NCBI GenBank assembly: GCA_963818325.1
Contig: CAWFRV010000004.1
Span: 119,586 to 183,585, forward strand
Reading direction: 5' to 3'
Length of the DNA: 64,000 nucleotides
DNA from: an uncultured Gammaproteobacteria bacterium
GTDB taxonomy: Bacteria > Pseudomonadota > Gammaproteobacteria > Thiotrichales > Thiotrichaceae
Shown here: positions 53,888 through 64,000 of the stretch, piece by piece
How positions within the stretch are numbered: position 1 is the first letter of the stretch
Layout: every line of letters begins with the position of its first letter
Notes under the pieces: generated by a model
The model's database searches: none
Seen by the model: only the letters and a program-made list of their open reading frames with translations
Told to the model about the DNA's origin: nothing
Translations under genes and position numbers: made by a program

Positions 53888-54887
53888 ATGAGCATAACCA
53901 TTACAACTGAGCAGATGGCGCCGCAGACGCTGGTTGGCGGCACTATTTTTTCCAATCCGGCCTTCCGGCGCATCCTTGCGCGTGAATTTCGCTTGGAGGC
54001 GGTGCAAGTGGTGCTAGAAACAGATGGTCAAACCCGCACCATCCCCGCTTTCCGCCGTCACGGCTTGTTTGGCAAACAAACGCTGGTGTTGGGTGCTGGT
54101 TTCGACAAAACTGGGGTGATTGCGGATATTGCCGCCAGTGATTACAGCCTTGTGATTGAACAACTGCTGCACGAACTGGCCTCCACCCGCGTGGATTCGC
54201 TGGAAATACGCACCGCGCAACATATTCCCTGCCTGACTGATGAATCCGACAAAGTTGAGTTGAATGTGGATATTCAACCCTCGGTGGATGCGGTGTGGAA
54301 TGGGCTATCGACCAATACCCGCAAAAATATCCGCCGCCCGCTCAAGCTCGGTTTCACCTCCGTGATTGGCTTAAATGCCCAAGTTGCTGGATGAGTTTTA
54401 CCAGCTTTACCGCATGAGCCTGCATGACATTGGCAGCCTGCCCCACCCCAAAGCATTTTTTGCCGACTTGGTGCAGCAATGTGCGGAGCAAATGGAAATT
54501 TTCGTGGGGTATATGGATGGCATTCCGGTAGTGTCGTCAGTGAACTTGGTGAGTCAGGATGAAATTTATGGCGCATGGTCGGGCATCCATACTGATTACA
54601 AAAAGCATAACGTGTTCCTCGCCATGCTGTGGCAAATCGTCGAGCATTGCGGCGCAAGTGGGCGCAAAACCTACAATCTAGGGCGTTCATCGGCGGGCAG
54701 TAACCCGCACCAATTCAAACTGAAACTCGCCAACCGCAGCCACAAAATTTACTACTACCGGATTAAGGTGACGCCGCCACCACCAACCCACTCACGGGTA
54801 CAAGATGCCGCGTCTTGGCTGATCCGCAACACCCCCGCAACGGTGATGGACGGGCTTTCCCGTGCCTTGCTCCACAAATTTTATTGA
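53888..54887 (+). CDS. FemAB-like GNAT protein (frameshift near 54378)
   Basis: TRKNIRR, FYQLY...H.IGSLPH, LWQIV, YNLGRS...QFK. Confidence 0.75.
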
Positions 54888-54909
54888 CCACTATTGGCAA
54901 GATAACAAT

Positions 54910-56061
54910 ATGAAAATTCTGGAAGTTTGCACCGTCAGCAGTTCAGCCTACGCGCTGGTTTTCCACCGCGCCCACGCCCTCAACCAACGTCACCCCGGAC
55001 AGATGCAGGTTGATGTATTGTGTACCGACGGCCCTGAAGTCGCCTTGATGCGCGAACAAGGCATGAATGTCGTGGTGGCAACCATGCACCGCAGCCTAAA
55101 CCCGTTGCAACTGGTGCGTTCGGCGTGGAATTTGCGCCAAGCTATCCGCCAAGGTGGCTATGATGCAGTACACCTGCATTTTGGCGTGCCCGGTTTGGTT
55201 GGGCGGGTACTGGCCTTGCTTGACCGCAAAACCGTGTGGATTTACCAGAGTCATGGCTACAGCATTGCGGAAAATACCAGCCCATTGGCGCGGCAGGCTT
55301 ACATCCTGATCGAAAAGATGCTGAAAAACACCGTGCGCTATTCGCTGTTCCAATTGCGTGAAGATATGGAACTGGCGCGGGAACACGCGCTGCTGGATGA
55401 AGAACAGATGGTGTTTTTGGGCAATGGGATTGATTTGGCAAGGTTTACGCCGAAGAATACCCCCCATCCCCAACAAAAAGTGGTGTTTGGGATGGTGGCG
55501 CGGTTTGAGCCGATCAAGAACCATGCATTGCTGCTGGATGCGGCGGAATTGCTTGCCAAACAAACCCGCCAATTCAAGGTGAAGTTGATTGGGCAGGGGC
55601 ATTTGCAAGCCGACATACAGGCCGCTATCCAGCAAAAAGGGCTGGCGGATGTGGTCGAAATTGTGGAATACAGCAATGACATGCCCGCGTTCTACCAAAG
55701 CGTGGATGTCGGGCTGCTGACTTCGTTTGCTGAAGGTATCCCCCGCGCCTTGATTGAGCCAATGGCATCCGGCAAACCGGTGATTTGCACCGATGTCAAA
55801 GGCAGCCGCGAAGCCATTATCGACCGCGAAACCGGCTTCAAAACCCCGATTGACTCCCCCGAAGCCCTCGCCGGACACATGCTGTGGTTGATCCAGCACC
55901 CTGACAAGCGCCAACAAATGGGCAAAGCTGCCCGCGCCCACGCCAGCAAACACTTTTCAGAAGCCCGCATCCTCGACATCCTCAGCGAAGTCTATTTATC
56001 CTGCATCCCTTCCCCTGTAGGAGCTTGCCCTGCAAGCGATTCTTCGGAGGTCAATGCATGA
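54910..56061 (+). CDS. GT4 glycosyltransferase
   Basis: NGIDL, VARFEPIKNH, EGIPRALIE, TDVKG. Confidence 0.88.
   Translation: MKILEVCTVSSSAYALVFHRAHALNQRHPGQMQVDVLCTDGPEVALMREQGMNVVVATMHRSLNPLQLVRSAWNLRQAIRQGGYDAVHLHFGVPGLVGRVLALLDRKTVWIYQSHGYSIAENTSPLARQAYILIEKMLKNTVRYSLFQLREDMELAREHALLDEEQMVFLGNGIDLARFTPKNTPHPQQKVVFGMVARFEPIKNHALLLDAAELLAKQTRQFKVKLIGQGHLQADIQAAIQQKGLADVVEIVEYSNDMPAFYQSVDVGLLTSFAEGIPRALIEPMASGKPVICTDVKGSREAIIDRETGFKTPIDSPEALAGHMLWLIQHPDKRQQMGKAARAHASKHFSEARILDILSEVYLSCIPSPVGACPASDSSEVNA
56017..56040 (+). repeat. GTAG-family REP-like element in the GT4 C-terminal tail
   Basis: GTAGGA-GCTTGC-CCT-GCAAGC-GAT. Confidence 0.65.
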
Positions 56062-56882
56062 TTTTCACCGCTGACATCGAAGACTGGCAACAATCCGTCT
56101 ACGACTTTGACCGCGCCGTATCCAACCGCGTGTTACGCAATACCAGCCGCCTGCTGGACATTCTGGACGCACACAAGGTCACCGGCACATTCTTCGTGCA
56201 AGGCATGGTCGCCGAAAAATTCCCGCAACTGGTCAAGGCAATTGCACAAGCCGGACACGAACTCGCCTGCCATTCCCACACCCACCGGATGATTTATAAC
56301 CTGACCGAAGCACAATTCCGCACCGAAATGCAACGTTCAGTGGGGCTATTGGAAGACATCAGCGGGGCAAAAGTCATCGGCTTCCGCGCCCCCACTTTTT
56401 CGGTGCGCGATGACATCCTCGACTGGTACTGCGACGCACTGCGGGAACAGGGGATTGTTTACGACTCATCCATCATGATTGCCACGGTGCGCAGTTGCTA
56501 CGGGTTTAGCGATGATGGCATCCTGCAACGCATTGCCGAACGCGGGCTGGACAGTTACCCGATGAGTGTCAGCCAAGTGTTCGGCAAAAATCTGCCGGTG
56601 ATGGGCGGCGGCTATTTCCGCATTTACCCCTATTGGCTGAGCCGCTGGCTGGCTCGCGGCTTAAACCATGACACCAGCATTTTCTACATGCACCCCTATG
56701 AGATCGACACCCACGAATACCGCGAAGTATCGCAATTGGTGGATATAGCACCCAAAATGGCAGTGCATCAATTTGCCCGCCGGGGAAGCGTGGAAGCGAA
56801 ATTGCACAAGCTGTTGCGGGATTACCCGTTTAGCTCATTTCGGGACACCTATTACCCCTCAGACCGGCACAAGGCTGCCTAA
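56058..56882 (+). CDS. Polysaccharide deacetylase (DUF3473-type)
   Basis: TADIEDW, TFF, GHELACHSHTH, GFRAPTFS, YDSS, GGGYFR, FYMHPYEID. Confidence 0.88.
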   Translation: MIFTADIEDWQQSVYDFDRAVSNRVLRNTSRLLDILDAHKVTGTFFVQGMVAEKFPQLVKAIAQAGHELACHSHTHRMIYNLTEAQFRTEMQRSVGLLEDISGAKVIGFRAPTFSVRDDILDWYCDALREQGIVYDSSIMIATVRSCYGFSDDGILQRIAERGLDSYPMSVSQVFGKNLPVMGGGYFRIYPYWLSRWLARGLNHDTSIFYMHPYEIDTHEYREVSQLVDIAPKMAVHQFARRGSVEAKLHKLLRDYPFSSFRDTYYPSDRHKAA

Positions 56883-57993
56883 TAATTTGCGGTAGGCATC
56901 CACCACCGCATCCAAACTATAGCGTTCCGCCACCCGCCGCTTGGCCTGCTCACCCAACACCTGACGCTGGGCAACGGTCTGTTGCAGGATACTTGCCCAC
57001 GCTTGCGCCAAGGCGGCGGAATCCCCCACTGGCACTATCAGCCCAGTATCCGCCACAAATTCCGCAATATCCCCCACATCGGTTGCCACGCAAGGCACGC
57101 CCTCCGCCATTGCTTCCGCCAGAAACAGCGGGAATGCCTCGCGCTGCGATGACAGCGTGGCAATATCCAGTGCCGCAATCAAACGGGCAGCATCGGTACG
57201 CACGCCCAACAAATGCACTTTGCCCTTGTCAGGCACGGTTGCCAGCAAGGCTTGCAAGGTCGGATTCGCCGCATCCATGCCCTCCCCTGCCAACAGAAAA
57301 TGGGCTTGCTGCCCACTTTGCTGCAACAGCCGGATAGCTGCCATCAGGTTGGGAATATCCTTTTCCGGCACATAGCGGGTGAGGCTGCCGATCAACATAG
57401 CATCAGCGGGAATGCCCAATTCCTGACGCACGCTGGCATAGCTTTCTGCACGGCGGTTGCCTTTGCCTAGCGGAATGCCATTGGCAAGCACTTGCGCCTG
57501 TTGGGTGGCATAACCCAGTTCGGCATGACGCTGCATACTGCGCCGCGACACATACACAATGCGCTGCGGGAAACGCGACAACCAGCGCCCCGCTTTGAGG
57601 ACAAAGGCGTGTTGGGCACGTTCCAACGTGGCTTTTTCGGGAGTATGGTGCATTCCCCACAGCAATATCGGGCGGCAACCGGCAAACAACCATGCCAGTG
57701 TTGCAAACAAATTGCCGTGGTGCATCCAGCCGTGAATCACTGTCGGCTGAATTTCCCGTACCAAACGCCATAAATGCGGCAATAACCACGGTAATTGCTT
57801 TCACCCGATTCAAACCAAGTACCTGCACGGGAATGCCAGCCTCCGCAAACTGCTGCTGCACGCCATTCACTGCTACCAATGAAATAACGTAAGGCTGGTA
57901 ATCCTCACTGAACTCAGAGTTCACTAGATTTAACAAGGCTTTTTGTGCGCCGCCAACACTCAGCGAGGTAATAATGTAGAGAATCTTAGCCAC
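56859..57993 (-). CDS. GT4 glycosyltransferase (frameshift near 57780)
   Basis: ITSLSVGGAQ, HGWMHH, EAFPLFLAEAMA, ATDVGD. Confidence 0.85.
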
Positions 57994-59402
57994 CCCAGCC
58001 TCCCTTTTAAGCGTTGACGCACATTACCAATATTCAACAACCAGACCAGCGCAGCGTAAGACACGCTGCCCACCAATATTTTCAATAACAAGGTGGCAAT
58101 AGGCTGTGGCAAGCTTGGTGTCTGGTGCATCAACCCATACATCAGCAGTGCTGCCAAGCCAATTTTAGCGATGTCTACCCACGGCAAGGCTACCCGAAAA
58201 TCACCTTTACCCCGAAAATACCCGTACACCACACACGCAAAATACGTCAGGATGGCAGTAATAGCTGCCCCCATCAAACCGTAGAGCGGCAATAACAGCA
58301 CATTCAATACCACACTCACCACCGCCCCGAAGAAAATCACCTGAATTTCTTTGATCGTCTGCTTATTGATTTGAAAAAATAACGAAATATAGAACAGATA
58401 AAACGCATGAAAGGTAACAGCCAATACGACCCACGGTAAAAACTGCAATGCCGTTTCCACAAATTCAGGGCCAATCAAAATAGGCAGAAATACGTCAGCA
58501 ATACCCATAAACCCGAAGGCACACGCCGCAAATACACCAACATAAAACACGGTATAATCACGCATTTTACTCGCTGCCTGTTCCGCCCCTTCATTTTCTA
58601 ACGCATGAATAATCAAAGGATAAGCTGCCATATTTAATGCGCCCGCAATCATAAACAAGATTTGGCGCGGCGGATTATAAGCAGCGGCGTATTCACCCAC
58701 CAATTCGTAACCACTAAACCAACCAATCAAGGTACGTTCAGAAATTTGAATCACGCCAAAGAGAATCGCGGATAAGCTCATCGGAATGCCGTACACTAAA
58801 ATCTTTTTCAATACATCCCGATCAAGCGCGGCAAATTGCGGTTTTAGCAATGTCCAGAAACTAGAGGAAAAGAGCAATACGATGAGGTTACTGAGAACCA
58901 CACCTAACGCCGCCCCCATCCATGAGAATCCCCAATGCACCAGCAATAACCCGATACTCACGATCATCACCGCCCGCGCAATTTCAGCAACCAGATAGTG
59001 ATTCGTCTGAAACGTAATCGAATTAATGCGTTGCCACGCCTCATATAAAGCCGTAGCGACAAATAACAACGTCAAAACCCAAGCCACATGAAACTCGCCC
59101 GATACCAGCGCAAACAGCAATAAAGCGATAGCGACCAGTATCGACGTTACCAATACCGCCGTAGCAATCAAATTTTGGATCGCTGCGGCTGAAACCAATT
59201 TATCGCTCCAAAAGCGCATGATGCCTGCTTGCAGCCACCCCAGCATAATGCTGTTAATACTTGAGCCGACCATCAATACCGTGGTGTAAATACCGTATTC
59301 AGCAGTATTCATCCAGCGTGTATAGAATGCCACTGCAATAAAACTCGACAATGCCGGGGCTAACATCGACAGGAAATAGACAATGCCGTGCTTAAAAAAC
59401 AT
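57960..59402 (-). CDS. wzx: Wzx-like flippase
   Basis: Many TM helices, EYGIY, YGIP, VGEYAAAY, LLPLYGLMGAAI. Confidence 0.85.
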   Translation of the reverse strand: MFFKHGIVYFLSMLAPALSSFIAVAFYTRWMNTAEYGIYTTVLMVGSSINSIMLGWLQAGIMRFWSDKLVSAAAIQNLIATAVLVTSILVAIALLLFALVSGEFHVAWVLTLLFVATALYEAWQRINSITFQTNHYLVAEIARAVMIVSIGLLLVHWGFSWMGAALGVVLSNLIVLLFSSSFWTLLKPQFAALDRDVLKKILVYGIPMSLSAILFGVIQISERTLIGWFSGYELVGEYAAAYNPPRQILFMIAGALNMAAYPLIIHALENEGAEQAASKMRDYTVFYVGVFAACAFGFMGIADVFLPILIGPEFVETALQFLPWVVLAVTFHAFYLFYISLFFQINKQTIKEIQVIFFGAVVSVVLNVLLLPLYGLMGAAITAILTYFACVVYGYFRGKGDFRVALPWVDIAKIGLAALLMYGLMHQTPSLPQPIATLLLKILVGSVSYAALVWLLNIGNVRQRLKGRLGWLRFSTLLPR

Positions 59403-60486
59403 GGGCACTCCCTGCAACAACCGCGAGGGTGCTAGCTACCAACTGATCAGGTTTTAAATAGTGCTGATAGTAAGCGTGATTATTTTGCATAAGCTGTGTT
59501 CTTAATGCCGTATCCTGCATTAAACGCGCCACCGCCTCGACACATTCTTGCGCTGTTGAAAACGCTAAATAATGACTACCCTGCTGAAAACCATGCGGCA
59601 CTTCAAAGGCTAATTGCTCTGACACAATTGCCCGCGAAAACGCCACGTATTCCGCAAACTTCCAACCAATCGAACCGTGCAATCCCGTAGTGGCAATGCA
59701 AATAGCATGATTTTTTAAAAGTTCCAAATACTTTGCTTTACCGGCTAACTGATTATCCGGCAATAACGCATCGGGATAATGTTTAAGCGCGTATTCACTG
59801 TGTGCAAACCCACCGTAAAAACGTTCTCCAAACGCTTGCCGCAACGCGCTGACACACTCGGCACGCATTGCATTCACCTGACGCCGATCAGCGCGGGTCG
59901 CTTCAGGCAAATCAGCGATTTCATCAGGATCCCAAGCGTGCATCATAAACAAAATGCGTGGTTCACTGGATACATCCGGCGCTGCCTGTACCCGACTCAA
60001 GGTGGGCACAAATAAGAATGGATACCCCGTCAACTGCGTGGCTATTTGCGCCGCACTGCGTAGAAAGTACTTCGACAAACGCGGCTGACCCACCCACTTG
60101 CGAATATCCGCAACACTGGGTTTGTCAGGGTAAATTTCGTAATTTAACCCCAACGGCATCACTTTATTGGCATATTGCGCGGGCGTATCCACACGCGAAT
60201 AACTGCGTTTGAAATAGAAGTCGGCAACGTCTAACGCTTCTGTATCAAAATCAGCACCATCGCGGACATCGTAATACACCACATGCCCATCATCCAGTTG
60301 CACATAAACCCCACCTAACGGCGGTGCCTGCCGAAGCAAGGCTTTACCGCGAAGCTGGCAATCGCCCAATTCATAGTGCAATTTGAGCGCACCCGCCTGC
60401 TGCAACAACCTGAAACCGGTATACACCTGCGACAAATGCGGGCTGTCACTGTGTGCAATGATTTTGCAGTGTGGGACGGCACTCAT
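59392..60486 (-). CDS. Putative glycosyltransferase-like EPS protein
   Basis: YFKRSY, ICIATTGLHGSIGWKFAEY; overlaps neighbours in the operon. Confidence 0.6.
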   Translation of the reverse strand: MSAVPHCKIIAHSDSPHLSQVYTGFRLLQQAGALKLHYELGDCQLRGKALLRQAPPLGGVYVQLDDGHVVYYDVRDGADFDTEALDVADFYFKRSYSRVDTPAQYANKVMPLGLNYEIYPDKPSVADIRKWVGQPRLSKYFLRSAAQIATQLTGYPFLFVPTLSRVQAAPDVSSEPRILFMMHAWDPDEIADLPEATRADRRQVNAMRAECVSALRQAFGERFYGGFAHSEYALKHYPDALLPDNQLAGKAKYLELLKNHAICIATTGLHGSIGWKFAEYVAFSRAIVSEQLAFEVPHGFQQGSHYLAFSTAQECVEAVARLMQDTALRTQLMQNNHAYYQHYLKPDQLVASTLAVVAGSAHVF

Positions 60487-61551
60487 GCTGCCAACCACGC
60501 ATCAGCCACCGCTGCAATATCATTGCCGCGCACCGACTCCACCGCCAGTTGGCGCATCTGTGCGCACTTTGCCGTATCAAAGAACAATTCGTCGATACCA
60601 GCGGCAATCGCGTCGACATTACCCTTTTCGACCAGCAAACCGTTTTCACCGTGGCGGATAATTTCACGCGGGCCGGTTGGGCAATCGGTGGACACAATCG
60701 GGCATCCCAAGGACAACGCCTCAATCAACACCAGCGGATAACCTTCGTAATCACTGCTCATTACCTGAAACTCGGCGTGCGCCATGTATTTGTAAGGGTT
60801 GGCATCAAACCCCACCAAAATCACCTGCCCGTTCCAGCCCCAATGCCTTGATTTGCTGTTCCAGTACGGGTTGCTGGCTACCGCGCCCGACAATCACCAG
60901 TTTGCAATCCTGCTGCGCCTTAGTGCGGGCAAATGCCTCAATCAGCAAGTCGAACCGCTTCTGCCGTTCCAGCCGCCCGACCGCCAGAATGAAACGCCCC
61001 TCGATACCCAGCGGCTCGTTGGCTTTTTCACGCACCAAACGGGTATTGACCGGGTTGTAAATGCAATTCACGTTTTTCAAGTGCGCCCTGTTTTCCAGCA
61101 AATCTTGCATCTGGCGGGACACCGCAATCACCCGTTTGGCGCGTGGATACAGCCAACGGAATGCCAGCCATTCGCTGCGGGTCATGGTGCTAGGGTCAAG
61201 ATGCACCGACAACACCGAATCCGCGCAAGCCAGCGCACACGGCACATTCGCGGCTTCCAGAAAGGAAAAAATATGGTCAAATTGCTCACGCTGGAACAGC
61301 TTGCGGAATTGCCATGCCCGCTGCAACAGGATAGCAATCTGTGTGAAAAATCCACCCGGCCGCTCAGGAATATCCAGATTAATCATCCTAACTGGAATGT
61401 CATGACGGATAGTATCCGCAGGCAGGCGGGCAAACTTGACCACCGTTACCTCGTAATGACGCAGGCGGAACTCTTCGGCGAGATCCACCGCTACTTTTTC
61501 TGCGCCACCCGGTGCAGCCAATTCGGCAATGACGATAGCTATTTTTTTCAT
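60483..61551 (-). CDS. GT4 glycosyltransferase (frameshift near 60845)
   Basis: GGAEK, IYNP, VGRLERQK, EGYPLVLIEA, TDCPTGP. Confidence 0.85.
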
Positions 61552-62754
61552 ACCTTGATGGGTACCTTGTTGAAGTGTTTCGCGTCTAGGCGCGTTATTT
61601 TTAATATAAAAATTCAATACAATCAGTGCGTAAGCAAACCAGATGTACATCCGATCCTGCAAGGTCAGCGACATCTGCCCGATCATCACCATCAGCAGCA
61701 TCAGCAACATCAGCCAGCGGTCATCGCCAGACAAACGCAATGCCGAAGCAGCCGCAATACCGATCACCACCAGATACAACACCGTCCCGACAATCCCCTG
61801 CTCGGCAGTGATTGCCACAAAACTGTTATGCGCGGTGTAATCCACGTTGTACGGGTTAATAATGCGGCGGAAAGAACCTAGCCCATGACCATAAATCGGG
61901 CTTTCTTCCCACTCTTCATACGCATTTGCCCATATTACGCTGCGCTCATTTAAAGTACCGCTGGAAATTTCTTTGCCGGTCGAAAAAATGCGCTCAATGG
62001 TTTTCTGCGGAATAACATTGGCAATCCCGATCAACGCCACCACCACCACCAGTACACTGGCTACCTTGCCCATACACCCCGGAACGCAGCACCGTCGGCA
62101 CAAAACCCGCCAAACCCAACACCATAACGACCGCCCCGGTACGCGAACCAGTAATCAGGATAGTAAACGCCGCCGCCGGGATATACGCCAACCCCAGTAA
62201 ACGCCACCACCACTGCTTCATTTGGGTCAGCAAATAAATCGCCAGCGGTATGCACCATTGCCAACTTGACTGACACCTCATTGGCGTCGAACTGCTTGAT
62301 TTCATGACGCACAGTATTGGCGGTTATCTGATAATCTTTCACCATCAGGTAAACCAGCCAAAATGACCCCAGCACCAAAGCAATATACAATTTTTTCAAG
62401 TCATGCCTGCGTCCCGACCAGTTGAAACAACAACAAGCTGACCATCAGGATATACAGGTTACTCTTGAGCGCCTGCTCACTGCTAACTGCCTGCTGGGTT
62501 TCATAAGGAACCGGCATCTCCGACCACGTATAGGACAGCACCACCCAAGCGATATACAACAGCACCGCCGTATGAAAACCGGGCACGCCATGTAAACCAT
62601 TGCCCATTACCATCAGCACCGCCGTCAAGCCAAATGCCATCAACCCGGCAATTTTGACCAGCGACATGCCTGCAATTTCGACAGCACCATCGGTCGGCAA
62701 GGCAAATACCAGCAACATCATGAAAAAAATGGCGACATTCCGTATGGTATTCAT
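61548..62754 (-). CDS. O-antigen ligase/Wzy-like polymerase (frameshifted)
   Basis: DANE, TGSRTG, RSVIW, GHGLGSF, AHNSF..AEQGIVG. Confidence 0.82.
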
Positions 62755-64000
62755 CGCCTTGCCAACCGTTCGCCCATTGCCTGCCGTACCTGCATCAGCA
62801 AAGCTGGATCGTTATCCCAATCCCCAAAGTTGCGGGCAATACGCCCAAGCTGCTGGTTGACGAATTCACTTTCCCCCGCCGCAACAGCAAGTCGATGTAC
62901 ATATAGTCCTCCACCGACTCACGTATCCATTTCAGGCGCAAGGAAGCGAGCGGGCCATCGAAACCTGTTTGCGCCTTGCGGGCGGGATACACCAACAAAC
63001 CATCGCCATTGAAACGGATACCGGGCGGATTATCGCTGACGAAACTCGCCGCATCATGCCAAATATCCGTCCCCTCAGCCCATGCCAAGCGTATCCCAAT
63101 ACCCCAGCCCAGTGACCCCATAACGGTGGAAAAACCACGTCGGAATCCGGTAATTGATGGCGGGAAAATCCAGTTGCCATACCGGCGGATAATTGCCTTT
63201 CAGCACATCGGCACGCGGATTAAGCTTGCGGTATTCCTCAAAGTCCAACACCAGCGCCGTGTATGCCCAAACTTCTTCACCTGCTGCCAAACGTTGGGCG
63301 GCAACGTTTTTACCGAGATAATCCGCATCCCGCCACAAGTCATAGAATTTCGGAATCCACACATCCACCGCCCCAACCAAGTTACCCAATGCCGGGTTTT
63401 CATTCAAAGGCGGCTCGCTGACCTGAAAGCGAATATCTTCTCCCCCTTCGGTCAAGCGATCTGCATCGAAAAACTCCCCCCAACGCCGGGCGTATTGATA
63501 CGCCTCCCGCGTATCCGGCTCATCCACAAACGACGGGTCGGTGTAACAACGCCCTGCCCCGGCATGTTGCGCACACCAGCCCGCATACTCACGGATAAAT
63601 TGCTGCGCCCGCTGACGGTCTTTGCCTAAGGGGTCAGCAAACGGGTAGCTGTCAGCAAACACATAGGTATAGGCGGAAGCGTGCTTTTCCTGCATGTAGT
63701 GCGCATGTTTTCCGTTACCGTCCCCAGCCCAGCAAACTTGCGCTGAAAATCGGGCTTGCCTGCGGCATCCGCTTCGGGGGATGCATCCCACAAGCTTTCC
63801 GGCGACAAATAATGATCCAACATGAAATCGTTGTAAGCACGGATCAGGCGATTATCAGCGGCTGACTCACCCGTGCGTTCAAAGCCATAAATTTCCGCCA
63901 CCCGGTAGCCATTCGTCCCAAACACCGTGCGCAACGGGGAACGTTCCGGCAAGGCAAAATTCCACACGGTCAGGGTGATCGGGCAATTCCACTGTCTCTT
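62751..64000 (-). CDS. DUF4091/GH123-like glycoside hydrolase domain protein (5' end outside window, frameshifted)
   Basis: TVWNFALP, VDEP, VDVWIP, EVWAY, NGDGLLVYP, SLRLKWIRESVEDY. Confidence 0.72.

Noticed and set aside
60805-62103. Apparent Wzy-GT4 fusion
   Set aside because: The junction has an ATGA start/stop overlap pattern and both genes carry other indels; most likely an artefact, though reads should be checked.

Overview
Gammaproteobacterial chromosome segment; a filamentous sulfur oxidiser such as Thiothrix is my guess, not a tested assignment. Single-base indels split many clearly conserved genes (mrcA, pilMNOPQ, aroK, aroB, nagZ). I read these as uncorrected long-read errors and report such genes as merged CDSs with approximate ends. 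Layout: (1-4.4 kb) accessory/defence-like patch with a DUF1156 DNA methylase, a MerR regulator plus a stand-alone copy of its C-terminal domain, toxin-antitoxin genes and an AT-rich CoiA-like nuclease. (4.5-8.9 kb) NifA/sigma54-driven nifB-fdxN-small ORF-flavodiiron-2Fe2S-FeSII cluster. (8.9-16 kb) corA, lprI and a DUF4331/TPR/HupE-UreJ operon with an ECF sigma/cupin pair sharing one promoter motif. (16-18 kb) NUDIX gene, a candidate two-hairpin anti-Shine-Dalgarno sRNA and a GcvA-like LysR. (18.6-28.4 kb) mrcA-pilMNOPQ-aroK-aroB. (28.4-48.4 kb) a 20-kb block between aroB and dgt that couples two heme NO-sensor families (FIST/NosP and H-NOX), two hybrid kinases, an Hpt and a partner switch to an uncharacterised beta-glycan machinery (PilZ-less GT2, two DUF3131, GH2 broken by an end-less IS1182 fragment, NDP-sugar synthase, predicted beta-barrel, OpgC). 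(48.4-51.3 kb) dgt, nagZ, class II aldolase. (51.3-64 kb) Wzx/Wzy exopolysaccharide locus. The best candidates for undescribed biology are the NO-sensing glycan block and the sRNA. All family calls come from motif recognition; no searches were run.
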